The notes: generated by a model from the sequence alone, not told the origin. A stretch of DNA of 24,000 bases from Duganella sp. S19_KUP01_CR8 (GCF_036688705.1 NZ_JAQQPR010000027.1:20042-44041); one strand, 5' to 3'. Shown: positions 1 to 22,499, numbered from the stretch's first letter. Numbers and translations: made by a program.

Positions 1-672
1 GCCTATGTCTGCTCCAACCTGGAAATGCTGCAAGAGGGCCTGACTCCCCTGCTGGCGCTGCTGCAATCCTGCGAACAGCGCCCCGGCGCCGTCGACCTGC
101 CCTTGCTGTGCCGCGACCTGCCGCAGCTGGTGCAGGAGTCGCGCGACGGCATGCAGCGGGTGCGCCAGATCGTGCTGGACCTGAAGGCCTGGTCGCACGC
201 CGGCGACCAAACCCAGCAATGGGAATGGGCCGACTTGCACCACGGCATCGACGCCACGCTCAACATGCTGCGCAGCGAGATCAAGGGCCGGGCCGAGATC
301 GTGCGCGACTACGGCGTGCTGCCGCCGGTGCAGTGCCTGCCCTCGCAGCTGAACCAGGTGGTGATGAACCTGGTCGTCAACGCCAGCCAGGCGCTGGGCC
401 CGCAGCGCGGCCGCATCACCCTGCGCACCGGCGCCCAGGACGGCGAGGTCTGGTTCGCCGTCAGCGACACCGGCAGCGGCATCGCGCCCGACCATCTGCC
501 GCGCCTGTTCGACCCCAGCTTCACCACCAAGCCGGTCGGCCAGGGCACCGGCCTCGGCCTGTCGCTGGTGCAGGACATCGTGCACAAGCACGGCGGCCGC
601 ATCGACGTCAGCACCGAGCTGGGCAAGGGCAGCACCTTCCGCGTGGTGCTGCCGCAGCGGCATACGGCCTGA
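1..672 (+). CDS. Sensor histidine kinase, C-terminal portion (5' end lies upstream of the window)
   Basis: Frame 1 is open from base 1 (AYVCSNLEML...) to TGA at 670-672. HATPase_c boxes are present: QLNQVVMNLVVNASQA (N box), VSDTGSGI (G1), FDPSFTTK (F), GTGLGLSL (G2). It aligns colinearly with the C-terminal ~235 aa of the kinase at 1650-3446 (QQWEWADL vs QDWEWADL; CLPSQLNQV vs CMPSQLNQV; GSTFRVVLP vs GSTFRVTLP). Confidence 0.85.
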   Translation, partial: AYVCSNLEMLQEGLTPLLALLQSCEQRPGAVDLPLLCRDLPQLVQESRDGMQRVRQIVLDLKAWSHAGDQTQQWEWADLHHGIDATLNMLRSEIKGRAEIVRDYGVLPPVQCLPSQLNQVVMNLVVNASQALGPQRGRITLRTGAQDGEVWFAVSDTGSGIAPDHLPRLFDPSFTTKPVGQGTGLGLSLVQDIVHKHGGRIDVSTELGKGSTFRVVLPQRHTA

Positions 673-690
673 GCGGCCAAGGAGAACCCC

Positions 691-1649
691 ATGCATACCT
701 TGACCACTTCCCGCCGCCTCGCCCTGCTGTGCCTGGCCGCCGGCCTGGCCGCCGCGCCGGCCGCGCCGGCCAGCGAACCGATCACGCCGGTGCCGCTGAG
801 CTTGCACCAGGATCCCGCCAAGGCCGCGCTGGGCCGGCGCCTGTTCAACGACGTCCGGCTGTCGGGCAACAGCAGCGTCTCCTGCGCCAGCTGCCACAAC
901 GTCGCGCGCGGCGGCGGCGACCAGCGGGCCAAATCGCTCGGCCTGCTGGGCAAGCCGGGCGCGGTCAATACGCCCACCGTGCTCAACGCCGCGCTCAACT
1001 TCAAGCAATTCTGGGACGGCCGCGCCGACACGCTGGAAGCCCAGCTCGACATGGTGATCCGCAACCCGGTCGAGATGGGTTCGTCATGGGAGAGCGTGCT
1101 GGCCAGGCTGGCGGGCGACGCCGCCTACCGCGACGGCTTCGCGCAAGCCTACCGCGACGGCCTGACCATCGCCAACCTGCGCCACGCCATCGTCAGCTAC
1201 GAGCGCACGCTGATCACCCCCAACGCCCGCTTCGACCAGTACCTGCGCGGCGACCGCAACGCCATCACGGCGGCGGAAAAGACCGGCTACGCCAAGTTCA
1301 AGCAGTTCGGCTGCGCGGCTTGCCACCAGGGCGTCAACGTCGGCGGCAATATGTTCCAGAAATTCGGCGTCATGGGCGACTACTTCGCCCAGCGCGGCGG
1401 CGTCAACGAGGCCGACCGCGGCCGCTACGCCGTCACCCACAATCCCGACGACCTGCACGTGTTCAAGGTGCCCAGCCTGCGCAACGTCGCGCGCAGCGCC
1501 CCGTACTTCCACGACGGCTCGGCCGCCACGCTGGAGCAGGCGATCGACGTCATGTTCAAGTTCCAGCTGGGGCGCAGCGGCAGCAAGCAGGACAAGGCCG
1601 ACATCATCCTGTTCCTCAACACGCTCAACAGCACACCGGCGGGGCAGCC

Positions 1650-1653
<4 letters not shown>
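691..1653 (+). CDS. Periplasmic di-haem cytochrome c peroxidase family protein (CCP/MauG family)
   Basis: Two CXXCH haem motifs (SCASCH, GCAACH). Family motifs FKVPSLRNVA and PYFHDGS are present. The N-terminal signal peptide is MHTLTTSRRLALLCLAAGLAAAPAAPA. An AGGAGA-type RBS (aaggagaa) lies about 5 nt upstream of ATG 691. The stop TGA at 1651-1653 overlaps the next start (ATGA). Confidence 0.9.
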
Positions 1654-3446
<1,793 letters not shown>

Positions 3447-3473
3447 AAAGGGCGGCGGCGGCGCGGCTGCGCT

Positions 3474-3479
3474 TATAAT
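3474..3479 (+). promoter_or_regulatory. Candidate -10 box (perfect TATAAT) upstream of the diguanylate cyclase gene
   Basis: gcgcttATAAT reads as a perfect TATAAT hexamer at 3474-3479, in the 71-nt gap between the kinase stop (3446) and ATG 3518. It is 38 nt upstream of the ATG, and AGGAAA lies about 8 nt before the ATG. No convincing -35 (the region is GC-only), so this is weak. Confidence 0.3.
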
Positions 3480-3517
3480 CGCAAGGTCACTACCCAGTCA
3501 CGCCAGGAAAACAGCGC

Positions 3518-4507
3518 ATGCAAGCAAACACCACCGTCACCCCGCCTGCCGCCGGCAGCCACGCCCACCTGTCCGGGCGCGTGCTCGGGCTGGCCAACCT
3601 GGGCCTGATGGTGCTCGACGCCAGCGGCCGCATCGTCATGTGGAACCAGTGGCTGGCCAGCCACTCCGGCCTGTCCGCCCACCGCGTGCAGGGCAGCGAT
3701 CTGTTCGAACAATTCCCCGAGCTGCGCGGCCAGCGGCTGGAGCAAGCGGTGCAGAGCGCGATGCAGAGCAACCTGCCGCAGCAACTGTCGCCGGCGCTGA
3801 ACCGTTCGCCCTTCCCGCTGTACCCGACCGGCACCTGGGGCGGCGAACGGGTCGAGCAGGCGGTGTCGGTCACGCCCTTCACCGAAGGCAAGGAGCGCTA
3901 CTGCCTGATCGAAGTGAGCGACATCAGCACCACCGTCGGCCGCGAGCGCCAGTTGCGCGGCCAGGCCGAGGCGCTGCGCGCGCAATCGTATGTGGATGGT
4001 TTGACCGGCATCGCCAACCGCCGCCACTTCGACGTCGCGCTGGACCGCGAGCTGCGCCGGGCGCAACGCAACAACGGCCAGCTGTCGCTGCTGCTGATGG
4101 ACATCGATTCCTTCAAGGCCTATAACGACCACTTCGGCCACCAGCAGGGCGACGCCTGCCTGACCCTGGTGGCGGAAGCCTTCGCCGCCATGCTGCAGCG
4201 CCCGGCCGACCTGGCCGCGCGCTACGGCGGCGAGGAGTTCGCCGCCGTGCTGCCGGACACCGGCCCGGAACAGGCGGCCCAGCACGCCGAAGCGATCCGC
4301 GCCCGCATCGCCGCGCTGGAGATCACGCACGCGCCGGCCGCCAACCGTCCGCACGTGACGATGAGCATCGGCGTGGCCACCTACGACAAGGACCGCCTGT
4401 GTGACGCGGCCACCATGCTGGCCGCCGCCGACGCCTGCCTGTACGCCGCCAAGCGCGCCGGCAGGGACTGCGTGATCGTCGACCGTCCGGCGGAAAACGC
4501 CGCCTGA
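3518..4507 (+). CDS. PAS-GGDEF diguanylate cyclase (no receiver domain)
   Basis: The C-terminal GGDEF domain has an active-site GGEEF (RYGGEEFAAVLPD). An RxxD inhibitory site (RPAD) sits exactly 5 residues upstream of GGEEF. Further GGDEF-domain matches: DGLTGIANRRHFD and LLLMDIDSFKAYNDHFGH. The N-terminal ~120 aa is PAS-like (VLDASGRIVMWNQWLASHSGL...). Confidence 0.9.
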   Translation: MQANTTVTPPAAGSHAHLSGRVLGLANLGLMVLDASGRIVMWNQWLASHSGLSAHRVQGSDLFEQFPELRGQRLEQAVQSAMQSNLPQQLSPALNRSPFPLYPTGTWGGERVEQAVSVTPFTEGKERYCLIEVSDISTTVGRERQLRGQAEALRAQSYVDGLTGIANRRHFDVALDRELRRAQRNNGQLSLLLMDIDSFKAYNDHFGHQQGDACLTLVAEAFAAMLQRPADLAARYGGEEFAAVLPDTGPEQAAQHAEAIRARIAALEITHAPAANRPHVTMSIGVATYDKDRLCDAATMLAAADACLYAAKRAGRDCVIVDRPAENAA

Positions 4508-4523
4508 CGGCGCCGGGGACAGC

Positions 4524-6494
<1,971 letters not shown>

Positions 6495-6734
6495 GGGGTC
6501 CCCTGTAAGGTTAAGAATCAAAGACAGCGCGCTGAGTATCCTTCAAAGCAACATTTATCACAAGAGCAATTGTTTCGGACTGTTGCATCCATCAACTCCA
6601 TGCATGCCTGGCCATCGGCGCGGCGCCGCTTCACGCATTAGCTGGTGTTATGCATGCCATGCAGAGTATTCATTTGTCAACCCGGGCAAAATAAGGGCAA
6701 CATAGCGCATAACCCATAAAAATGGAGACAGCAC

Positions 6735-7514
6735 ATGCATCAGCAAGGCGAACTGGCAGGCAAGGTGGCGTTGATTACCGGGGGAGCGTCCGGCATCGGC
6801 CGCGCCACGGCGGAATTGTTTGCGCGCGAAGGCGCCACCGTGCTGATCGCCGACCGCGATGGCGCGGCGGGCGAACTGGCGGTGGCGGCGCTGATCGAGG
6901 CCGGCGCGCGCGCCTCCTTCATCCGCACCGATGTCGCCGTGGCCGCCGATTGCGCGGCGGCGGTGGCGGCTGCCGTGTCGCGCTACGGCCGGCTCGACGT
7001 CCTGTTCAACAACGCCGGCATCACGCGCCGCGCCAACGTGATCGACACCACCGAGCAGGAATGGGATCAGGTCATGGCGGTCAACGTCAAATCGATTTTC
7101 CTGATGTGCAAACACGCGGTGCCGGTGATGCAGCAGCAAGGTGGCGGCAGCATCATCAACACCGCTTCCGGCTGGGGCCTGGTGGGCGGCAAGGATGCCG
7201 TGTCCTACTGCGCCTCCAAGGGCGCGGTGGTGATCATGACCAAGGCCATGGCGGTGGACCACGGCCCGCAGAACATCCGCGTCAACTGCGTCTGCCCCGG
7301 CGATACCGATACGCCCATGCTGCGCAACGAAGCGCAGCAGCTGGGGCTTGAGGAAACCGCGCTGGTGACGGCGGGCGCGGGACGGCCGCTGATGCGCGTG
7401 GGCCAGCCGCGCGAGATCGCGCAGGCGGTGCTGTTCCTCGCATCGGATCGATCTTCCTTCGTCACCGGAGACGCGCTGGTGGTGGACGGCGGCGGCCTGG
7501 CCGGATCGGCATAA
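6735..7514 (+). CDS. Classical short-chain dehydrogenase/reductase (SDR); candidate sugar or polyol dehydrogenase
   Basis: TGGASGIGRA cofactor motif, NNAG, catalytic Ser (NTASGWG) and YCASK (YxxxK). GGAGA RBS lies 6 nt upstream of ATG 6735. The stop at 7512-7514 is only 3 nt before the next gene's start. Confidence 0.85.
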   Translation: MHQQGELAGKVALITGGASGIGRATAELFAREGATVLIADRDGAAGELAVAALIEAGARASFIRTDVAVAADCAAAVAAAVSRYGRLDVLFNNAGITRRANVIDTTEQEWDQVMAVNVKSIFLMCKHAVPVMQQQGGGSIINTASGWGLVGGKDAVSYCASKGAVVIMTKAMAVDHGPQNIRVNCVCPGDTDTPMLRNEAQQLGLEETALVTAGAGRPLMRVGQPREIAQAVLFLASDRSSFVTGDALVVDGGGLAGSA

Positions 7515-17298
<9,784 letters not shown>

Positions 17299-17352
17299 TT
17301 GGAATCTCCAGATAGTTATCGTTATGTTTGCTGCTTTGCTTTTTTACTGCCG

Positions 17353-18486
17353 CTACACCGAGACCGGCCACATGGTCTGCTCCCGGTAGCCGGTCGTCAC
17401 CGGCAAATACCCATTGAATTGCGCATCGAGTTCCGCGTCGCCGCTGTCGATGCGTAGCACGCCGCCGTGCAGCGACAACAGCTTGTCCTGTGGCGCCAGC
17501 ACATGCAGCCCGCGCCGCCCGGCCGCGCGCAGCAGGCGCGGTGAAATCTGCTGGTTGCCGCGTCCCAGCACCAGCCCCTGTCCGCCGATCGGCGACAGCA
17601 CCAGGTGCAGCAACGACTGCCAGCTGCCGGCCAGGTCTTCCAGTTCACGGCGCGAGGCGTCGCGCGCCAGCAGCGTGCCGTCGCCCAGCACCGCGTCCAC
17701 GCCCAGCAAGGTGCCGTCCACGCCCAGCAGCGACAGCAATGCCTGCGTGGTCGAGCCGGGGCCGACCAGGTACAGCGAGCGCGCCTCCATGCCTTCCGCA
17801 AAGCTGCGGGCGATGGCCATGCGCTGCGCACCGCTGCCACTGGCATGGCGCGACTTGCCGCCTTGCGTCAGCGACGGCGCCAGCGGCAGTTGCAGGTAGC
17901 CGTACAGGCGCGGCACGATCTGGTTGCGCCGCAGCGCTTCTTCGTCGAGGTCCATCACTTCGGCATCGCTGCAGATGGCCAGGCCGTTCTGCTGCAACTG
18001 GCGCAGCAGCAGCCCTGCTGCCGTTGGATGGTTGGCGAATACCGCCGATTGCATCTTCACGCCGGCCGGCACACCCAGCACCGGCAAGGTGGCCATTGCG
18101 CCGGCATCGCGCAAACCATCCAGCACATCGCGCGCGGTGCCATCGCCGCCGGCGAACAGCAGCAGGTCTATCCCCATGCCGGCCAGGATGCAGCTGGCGC
18201 GGCGTGTATCCGCCGCCTGAGATGGCGAGGCAACCGGCACCACGGCGCAGGCCTGCAAGCCCGCCGCGTGCAATGCGTGCAGGCCCATGTCGCCGTCGGC
18301 CGTGTACCAGCTGACGGCTTGCGCCGCGCCGCCGCAGGCCCCGAACATGGCGGCCAGGCGCGCGGCCACCTGCGGCAGGACGCCGGCCGCCAGCGCCGCC
18401 TGCACGCTGTCGGCGCCGTCCGAGCCTTTGAGGCCGGCCGGGCCGCCGATGCCGGCCCAGGGATTGACCACCAGCCCGATCTTCAT
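17353..18486 (-). CDS. ATP-NAD kinase-like family protein (COG3199 / AcoX-like)
   Basis: MKIGLVVNPWAGIGGPAGLKGSDG N-terminus and the internal FAGGDGTARDV motif (the GGDGT signature of the NAD kinase / diacylglycerol kinase fold). Length is 377 aa. The ATG at 18486 overlaps the gcvPB stop (ATGA). Confidence 0.75.
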   Translation of the reverse strand: MKIGLVVNPWAGIGGPAGLKGSDGADSVQAALAAGVLPQVAARLAAMFGACGGAAQAVSWYTADGDMGLHALHAAGLQACAVVPVASPSQAADTRRASCILAGMGIDLLLFAGGDGTARDVLDGLRDAGAMATLPVLGVPAGVKMQSAVFANHPTAAGLLLRQLQQNGLAICSDAEVMDLDEEALRRNQIVPRLYGYLQLPLAPSLTQGGKSRHASGSGAQRMAIARSFAEGMEARSLYLVGPGSTTQALLSLLGVDGTLLGVDAVLGDGTLLARDASRRELEDLAGSWQSLLHLVLSPIGGQGLVLGRGNQQISPRLLRAAGRRGLHVLAPQDKLLSLHGGVLRIDSGDAELDAQFNGYLPVTTGYREQTMWPVSV

Positions 18487-20069
18487 GCCAGTCCGCGCTC
18501 GCCCAGCTTGCGTTGATAGGCGCGCCAGGTGATAGACCAGCGCTCCGGATCGTCCAGCATCTCGCCCTGCACACGGTGCACCGGGCAGTTGTGCGGCGCC
18601 GTCTTGACCAGATCCGGATCGCTGTGCGCCTCGCCGGCGATGTGGCGCATCACGCCGATGAATTCATCGAGGTCGGCGCGCGAGTAGGATTCGGTCGGCT
18701 CGATGGTGGCAGGCTCCGGCACCACATACGGATGGTGGCTGGTCCAGTAGTGCACGCCAAAGTCGGCGGCGCGCAGGCCGATTTCTTCCGACGTCACGCC
18801 GGTGGCCTCGGTCAACCCCGCCCAGCTGTAGCGCACCTGCTCGATGCGGCGCTTGCCTGCCGCGTAGGGCGCGGACATGCCCTCAATCTTCAGCAGCTCG
18901 TGCATCATGTAGTTGTTGTTCAGGACCGCGATCTCGGACACGGTGCGCAAGCCCTCGGCGCCCAGGTTCATGATCCACGCATAGGCGCGCAGCATGATGG
19001 AGGCGGTGCCGGTGAAGCTGCTGATCTTGCCGATCGATTGCGGCGCGCCGCTCACCAGGCTGTAGCGCCCTTCCTTCTGCCGCACCAGGGGGCCGGGCAG
19101 GAACGGCGCCAGCGCCTCCGTGCAGCACACCGCGCCGACCGCCGGACCGCCGCAGGCGTGCGGCGTGGCGAAGGTCTTGTGCAGGTTGAAGTGGCACAGG
19201 TCGAAGCCTGCCTCGCGTGCGCGGGCGATGCCCAGCAGGCCGTTAGCGTTGGCCTGGTCATATACGCACAGGCCACCCACCGCGTGCACCGCGTCGACGA
19301 ATTCGCGGATGCGGCTGTTGAAGATGCCGGTGTCCTCCGGATTGGTGATCACCAGCGCGGCGGTGCGCGGCGATACGGCGGCCTTCAGCGCGTCCAGGTT
19401 GGGGTAGCCATTCGCATCCGGATACAGCGTGATCACCTTGTAGCCAACCAGCTTGGCGCAGGCAGCGTCCGACGGGTGCGAGAAGATGGTGGTGATGACT
19501 TCATCACGCCGGCCGGCGTCGCCACGGCTCTCGTGCCACGCACGCACCATCGCCATGTTGGCGAAGATGGCTTGCGAACCGCCGCGCGGCTGCAGCGACA
19601 CAGCGTCCATGCCGGACACTTCGCGCATCACGCCTTCGACCTTGTCGATCACTTCCAGCATGCCCTGCACGGTGCTGTCGGGCTGGCGCGGATGCAGCTC
19701 CGACATGCCGGGCTGGCGCGCCAGCTGGTCGTTGATCTTCGGGTTGTACTTCATGGTGCAGGTGCCCTGCCCCACGTCCACGTTGAGGTCCGCTCCCAGC
19801 GTCTCCTGCGACAGGCGCAGGTAGTGGCGCAGCACGCGGTTCTGCGACATCTCCGGCAGCGCCGGTGCACGCTGGCGCAGCATGGTGGCGGGCAGTCCGG
19901 CCAGCGGCTGGCCGGCGGCGCGCACGATGTCCGGCTCCACTTCAGGTATCAGGATGCCGCGTTCGCCGGGCTGGCTCAGTTCAAAGATGACCGGTTCGTC
20001 CCAGCGCGCCTGATGGTAGCGGCGCATCTGCTGTTTGCGGTGGTGGGCGATGTTATCCATGGCGTTCAT
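18483..20069 (-). CDS. gcvPB: Glycine dehydrogenase (decarboxylating) subunit 2-like, PLP-dependent
   Basis: WDEPVIFELSQPGERG N-terminal motif and the PLP-lysine region CHFNLHKTFATPHACGGPAVG. Subunit-2-type similarity extends over the whole length. I chose the start at ATG 20069 (MNAMDNIAHH...), which overlaps the gcvPA stop by ATGA, rather than 20099. Confidence 0.8.
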   Translation of the reverse strand: MNAMDNIAHHRKQQMRRYHQARWDEPVIFELSQPGERGILIPEVEPDIVRAAGQPLAGLPATMLRQRAPALPEMSQNRVLRHYLRLSQETLGADLNVDVGQGTCTMKYNPKINDQLARQPGMSELHPRQPDSTVQGMLEVIDKVEGVMREVSGMDAVSLQPRGGSQAIFANMAMVRAWHESRGDAGRRDEVITTIFSHPSDAACAKLVGYKVITLYPDANGYPNLDALKAAVSPRTAALVITNPEDTGIFNSRIREFVDAVHAVGGLCVYDQANANGLLGIARAREAGFDLCHFNLHKTFATPHACGGPAVGAVCCTEALAPFLPGPLVRQKEGRYSLVSGAPQSIGKISSFTGTASIMLRAYAWIMNLGAEGLRTVSEIAVLNNNYMMHELLKIEGMSAPYAAGKRRIEQVRYSWAGLTEATGVTSEEIGLRAADFGVHYWTSHHPYVVPEPATIEPTESYSRADLDEFIGVMRHIAGEAHSDPDLVKTAPHNCPVHRVQGEMLDDPERWSITWRAYQRKLGERGLA

Positions 20070-21463
20070 TGGTTGAGGACTTTCTCTAGCGTTGCGCACA
20101 GCAGGTCGATGTCTTCCTGCGCGTGGACTTCGGAAAAGGCGTACAGGGCCGACTGGCCCAGCGCGGGGAAGGCGGCGCTCAGGTCATGGCCGCCGAACAC
20201 GCCCTGCTGCAGCAAGGCGGCGTTGACGGCGGCCACCGGCAGGCCGGTGCCGTCGAAGTTGACGACGAACTCGCGGAAGTGGCAGCTGCCCTCGTGCGTG
20301 ATGCGCACGCCGGGCAGGCGCGCCATGCGCTGCCTGGCGTAGGCGGTGCGCTGGGCGATTCCGGTGGCCAGTTCGGTCATGCCTTGTGGCCCCATTAGCG
20401 CGAGATAGACGCCGGCCGTGATGCCCCACAGCGCGGCGGCGGTGCCGACGAATTCGTTACCGTTCTCGCGCTTGTCGAACGAGGTGCGGCTGTAGGCAAC
20501 GTCGCCGAAGCCGTACTCGCCCGGCACGCTGGTCGGCACGATGCCGAACAGCCGCGATGGATACTGCATGACGATGGCGGGATCGTCGTGGCTGGCGATG
20601 AAACCACCCTGGCCGCCGCCGTAGTTCATGTGCATGCCCAATGGCTGAATGTCGCCGCAGACGATGTCGGCGCCGTAGTTGGACGGCGGCGCCAGCACAC
20701 CCAGCGAGACCGGATCGACGCCGACCACCAGCAGCGCACCCACCGCATGCGCGGCGGCGGCCAGCGCGGCGCCGTCGTCGATGGTACCGAGGAAGGATGG
20801 GATATCGACGTACAGCGCGGCGGTGTCCTGATCGAGCAGTTGCTTCACCGTGGCCAGGTCGAGCAGGCCGGTTTTCGGATCGAACGGCGCGCTGACGAAA
20901 TCGAGGTCGGCGCGGCCGTAGGTCTGCATCACGGACAGCTTGTCCGGATTGATATGGCCGGCCACGACGACGCGGCGGCGGCCGGTGTGGCGGCCCGCCA
21001 TGCGCACGGCGGTGGCGGCGGCCTGCATGCCGTCGTACACCGGCACGTTGACCACGTCCATCTCCAGCAGCGCGCCCATCATGCTGCAGTATTCGAACAG
21101 CGCCTGGAAACGGCCATGGTCGTCATACGGTTCACCGGCATAGGCGGTGGCGAACTCGCTGCGGCCGTTGATCTCATCGCAGACGGCCGGCACGTGGTGC
21201 TGGTAGCAGCCGCCGCCCAGGAAGCTGAGCTGCCCGGCGCAGTGGCTGTTCTTGCGCAGCAGGCCGTCCACGTGGCGCTTGAGGCGCGCCTCCGACAGGT
21301 GCGGCGCGGCGATCGCCAGCGGCGCCTGCATGCGCAGGGCGGCGGGGATGTCGGCAAAGAAGTCTTCAGTGCTGGTGGCGCCCACGGCGCGCAACATGGC
21401 GTCGCGCACGGCGGGGACCGAGTTGGGGATGTAGGGGTGGATGAAGGGCTTGCCAGGTTCCAT
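20066..21463 (-). CDS. gcvPA: Glycine dehydrogenase (decarboxylating) subunit 1-like
   Basis: FIHPYIPNSVPAVRDAMLRAVGATSTEDFFADIP, SFLGGGCYQHHVPAV and YAGEPYDDHGRFQALFEYCSMM are typical of the N-terminal half of P-protein. AGGAAA RBS lies about 5 nt upstream of ATG 21463. Confidence 0.8.
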   Translation of the reverse strand: MEPGKPFIHPYIPNSVPAVRDAMLRAVGATSTEDFFADIPAALRMQAPLAIAAPHLSEARLKRHVDGLLRKNSHCAGQLSFLGGGCYQHHVPAVCDEINGRSEFATAYAGEPYDDHGRFQALFEYCSMMGALLEMDVVNVPVYDGMQAAATAVRMAGRHTGRRRVVVAGHINPDKLSVMQTYGRADLDFVSAPFDPKTGLLDLATVKQLLDQDTAALYVDIPSFLGTIDDGAALAAAAHAVGALLVVGVDPVSLGVLAPPSNYGADIVCGDIQPLGMHMNYGGGQGGFIASHDDPAIVMQYPSRLFGIVPTSVPGEYGFGDVAYSRTSFDKRENGNEFVGTAAALWGITAGVYLALMGPQGMTELATGIAQRTAYARQRMARLPGVRITHEGSCHFREFVVNFDGTGLPVAAVNAALLQQGVFGGHDLSAAFPALGQSALYAFSEVHAQEDIDLLCATLEKVLNQ

Positions 21464-21531
21464 GTCATTTCCTGTTGATCGAGGGTGGATACCCCATCTT
21501 GTAGGAGCGAAATAACATTGACAAATGATCA

Positions 21532-21546
21532 GTATGCATGCGATAC
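21532..21546. promoter_or_regulatory. Candidate LysR-type T-N11-A operator in the divergent gcvPA / LysR promoter region
   Basis: GTATGCATGCGATAC has dyad arms GTAT/ATAC around a 7-nt spacer, with T21533-N11-A21545. It lies in the 100-nt AT-richer gap between the divergent starts at 21463 and 21564. A consensus -35 TTGACA on the + strand (21518-21523) reads TTGTCA on the - strand. One CTAAT (the E. coli GcvA half-site as I recall it) is present on the - strand at 21547-21551. The assignment rests on short motifs only. Confidence 0.3.
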
Positions 21547-21563
21547 ATTAGAAAAATTCATGC

Positions 21564-22499
21564 ATGGGGAACGTCTTGGTTCATTCTTCCAGTCTGTTGA
21601 GGCAGTTGAAAACGTTTGAAGTCACGGCGCGGCACATGAGTTTTACCCGTGCCGCCGATGAGCTGTGCATCTCGCAGGCGGCGGTCAGCCACCAGATCAA
21701 GACGCTGGAAGACGCGCTGCAAATCAAACTGTTCAAGCGCATGACGCGGGCCATCACGCTGACCGGCGAGGGGGCGATTTTGCAACGCAGCCTGGTCGAT
21801 GCCTTTGGCCGCATCGACCGTGTGCTGGCGCAGTTGGCGCAGGGCGAGGGACGCGCGCGCAAGCGGTTGACGGTGGCTGTGACGCCGGCCTTCAGCTCGC
21901 GCTGGCTGGTGCATAGGCTGGACCGTTTTCTGGCGGCGCATAGTCAGCTTGAAGTGCGGCTGGTGCACACGGTGATGCATACGGACCTGGGACGCGACAG
22001 CATCGACCTGGCGATACGCTGGGGGGATGGCAAGTGGCCGGGCGTGGAGTGCGAACGCCTGTTCGGCACCGAGCTGCTGCCGGTGTGTTCACCTGCGATG
22101 TTGAAGGACGGCCCGCCGTTGTTGGAGCCGTCCGATCTGGCGCATTACACGCTGCTGCACGAGGACAGCTGCGACGATTGGGAACGCTGGTTCGAGCAGG
22201 CGGGTTTGGCGCCATCGCTGGCGCTGCGCGGGCCGCTGATCGACGACAGCAACGCGCTGATGCAGGCGGCGCTGAACGGCCAGGGCATCGCGCTGGGCCG
22301 CATGGCGCTGATCCGCGACGACCTGCGGCGCGGCACCTTGGTCAGCCCATTCAGCCAGACGCTGTCCACACAGGGCGCCTACTACATGTGCTGGCGCCCT
22401 ACCCGTACGGAGCAGGAGGCGTTGACGTGGTTCTCGGACTTCCTGCGCGACGAGGCACGTGAACAGGAAAAGGATCTCGCCCCTACCTCGGAATCATGA
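21564..22499 (+). CDS. LysR-family transcriptional regulator, GcvA-like subgroup
   Basis: N-terminal wHTH LKTFEVTARHMSFTRAADELCISQAAVSHQIKTLEDAL, followed by a LysR substrate-binding domain. It is transcribed divergently from the gcvPA-like operon. Its last 17 nt overlap the convergent low-GC ORF at 22483-22941. Confidence 0.85.
   Translation: MGNVLVHSSSLLRQLKTFEVTARHMSFTRAADELCISQAAVSHQIKTLEDALQIKLFKRMTRAITLTGEGAILQRSLVDAFGRIDRVLAQLAQGEGRARKRLTVAVTPAFSSRWLVHRLDRFLAAHSQLEVRLVHTVMHTDLGRDSIDLAIRWGDGKWPGVECERLFGTELLPVCSPAMLKDGPPLLEPSDLAHYTLLHEDSCDDWERWFEQAGLAPSLALRGPLIDDSNALMQAALNGQGIALGRMALIRDDLRRGTLVSPFSQTLSTQGAYYMCWRPTRTEQEALTWFSDFLRDEAREQEKDLAPTSES

Noticed and set aside
108-1649. N-terminal 514 codons of the 1112-aa ORF 108..3446, which would make one giant protein
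   Set aside because: This part translates to low-complexity Arg/Ala/Pro/Gly sequence. It runs out of frame across two well-supported genes (the kinase 3' end and the di-haem peroxidase). The recognisable kinase begins at the internal ATG 1650, which has a TM segment and an ATGA overlap. It is a high-GC open-frame artefact.
4508-4523. Possible bidirectional terminator between the convergent cyclase and peptidase genes
   Set aside because: The gap is only 16 nt (cggcgccggggacagc). It contains a short GGCGCC palindrome but no stable stem-loop or T-tract.
18513-20342. 609-aa ORF antisense to gcvPB/gcvPA, plus several 270-310-aa ORFs overlapping the AcoX-like gene (17490..18314 +, 17605..18516 +, 17645..18574 -)
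   Set aside because: All overlap genes with clear family signatures and ATGA coupling. Their translations are low-complexity Arg/Ala/Pro, so I treat them as shadow ORFs.
21464-21563. Possible glycine riboswitch in the gcvPA leader
   Set aside because: Only 100 nt are available, and they are shared with the divergent LysR promoter. I could not find the conserved GGAGAG / CACCG-type cores or a tandem-aptamer-sized structure. Control by the adjacent GcvA-like regulator is the simpler explanation.
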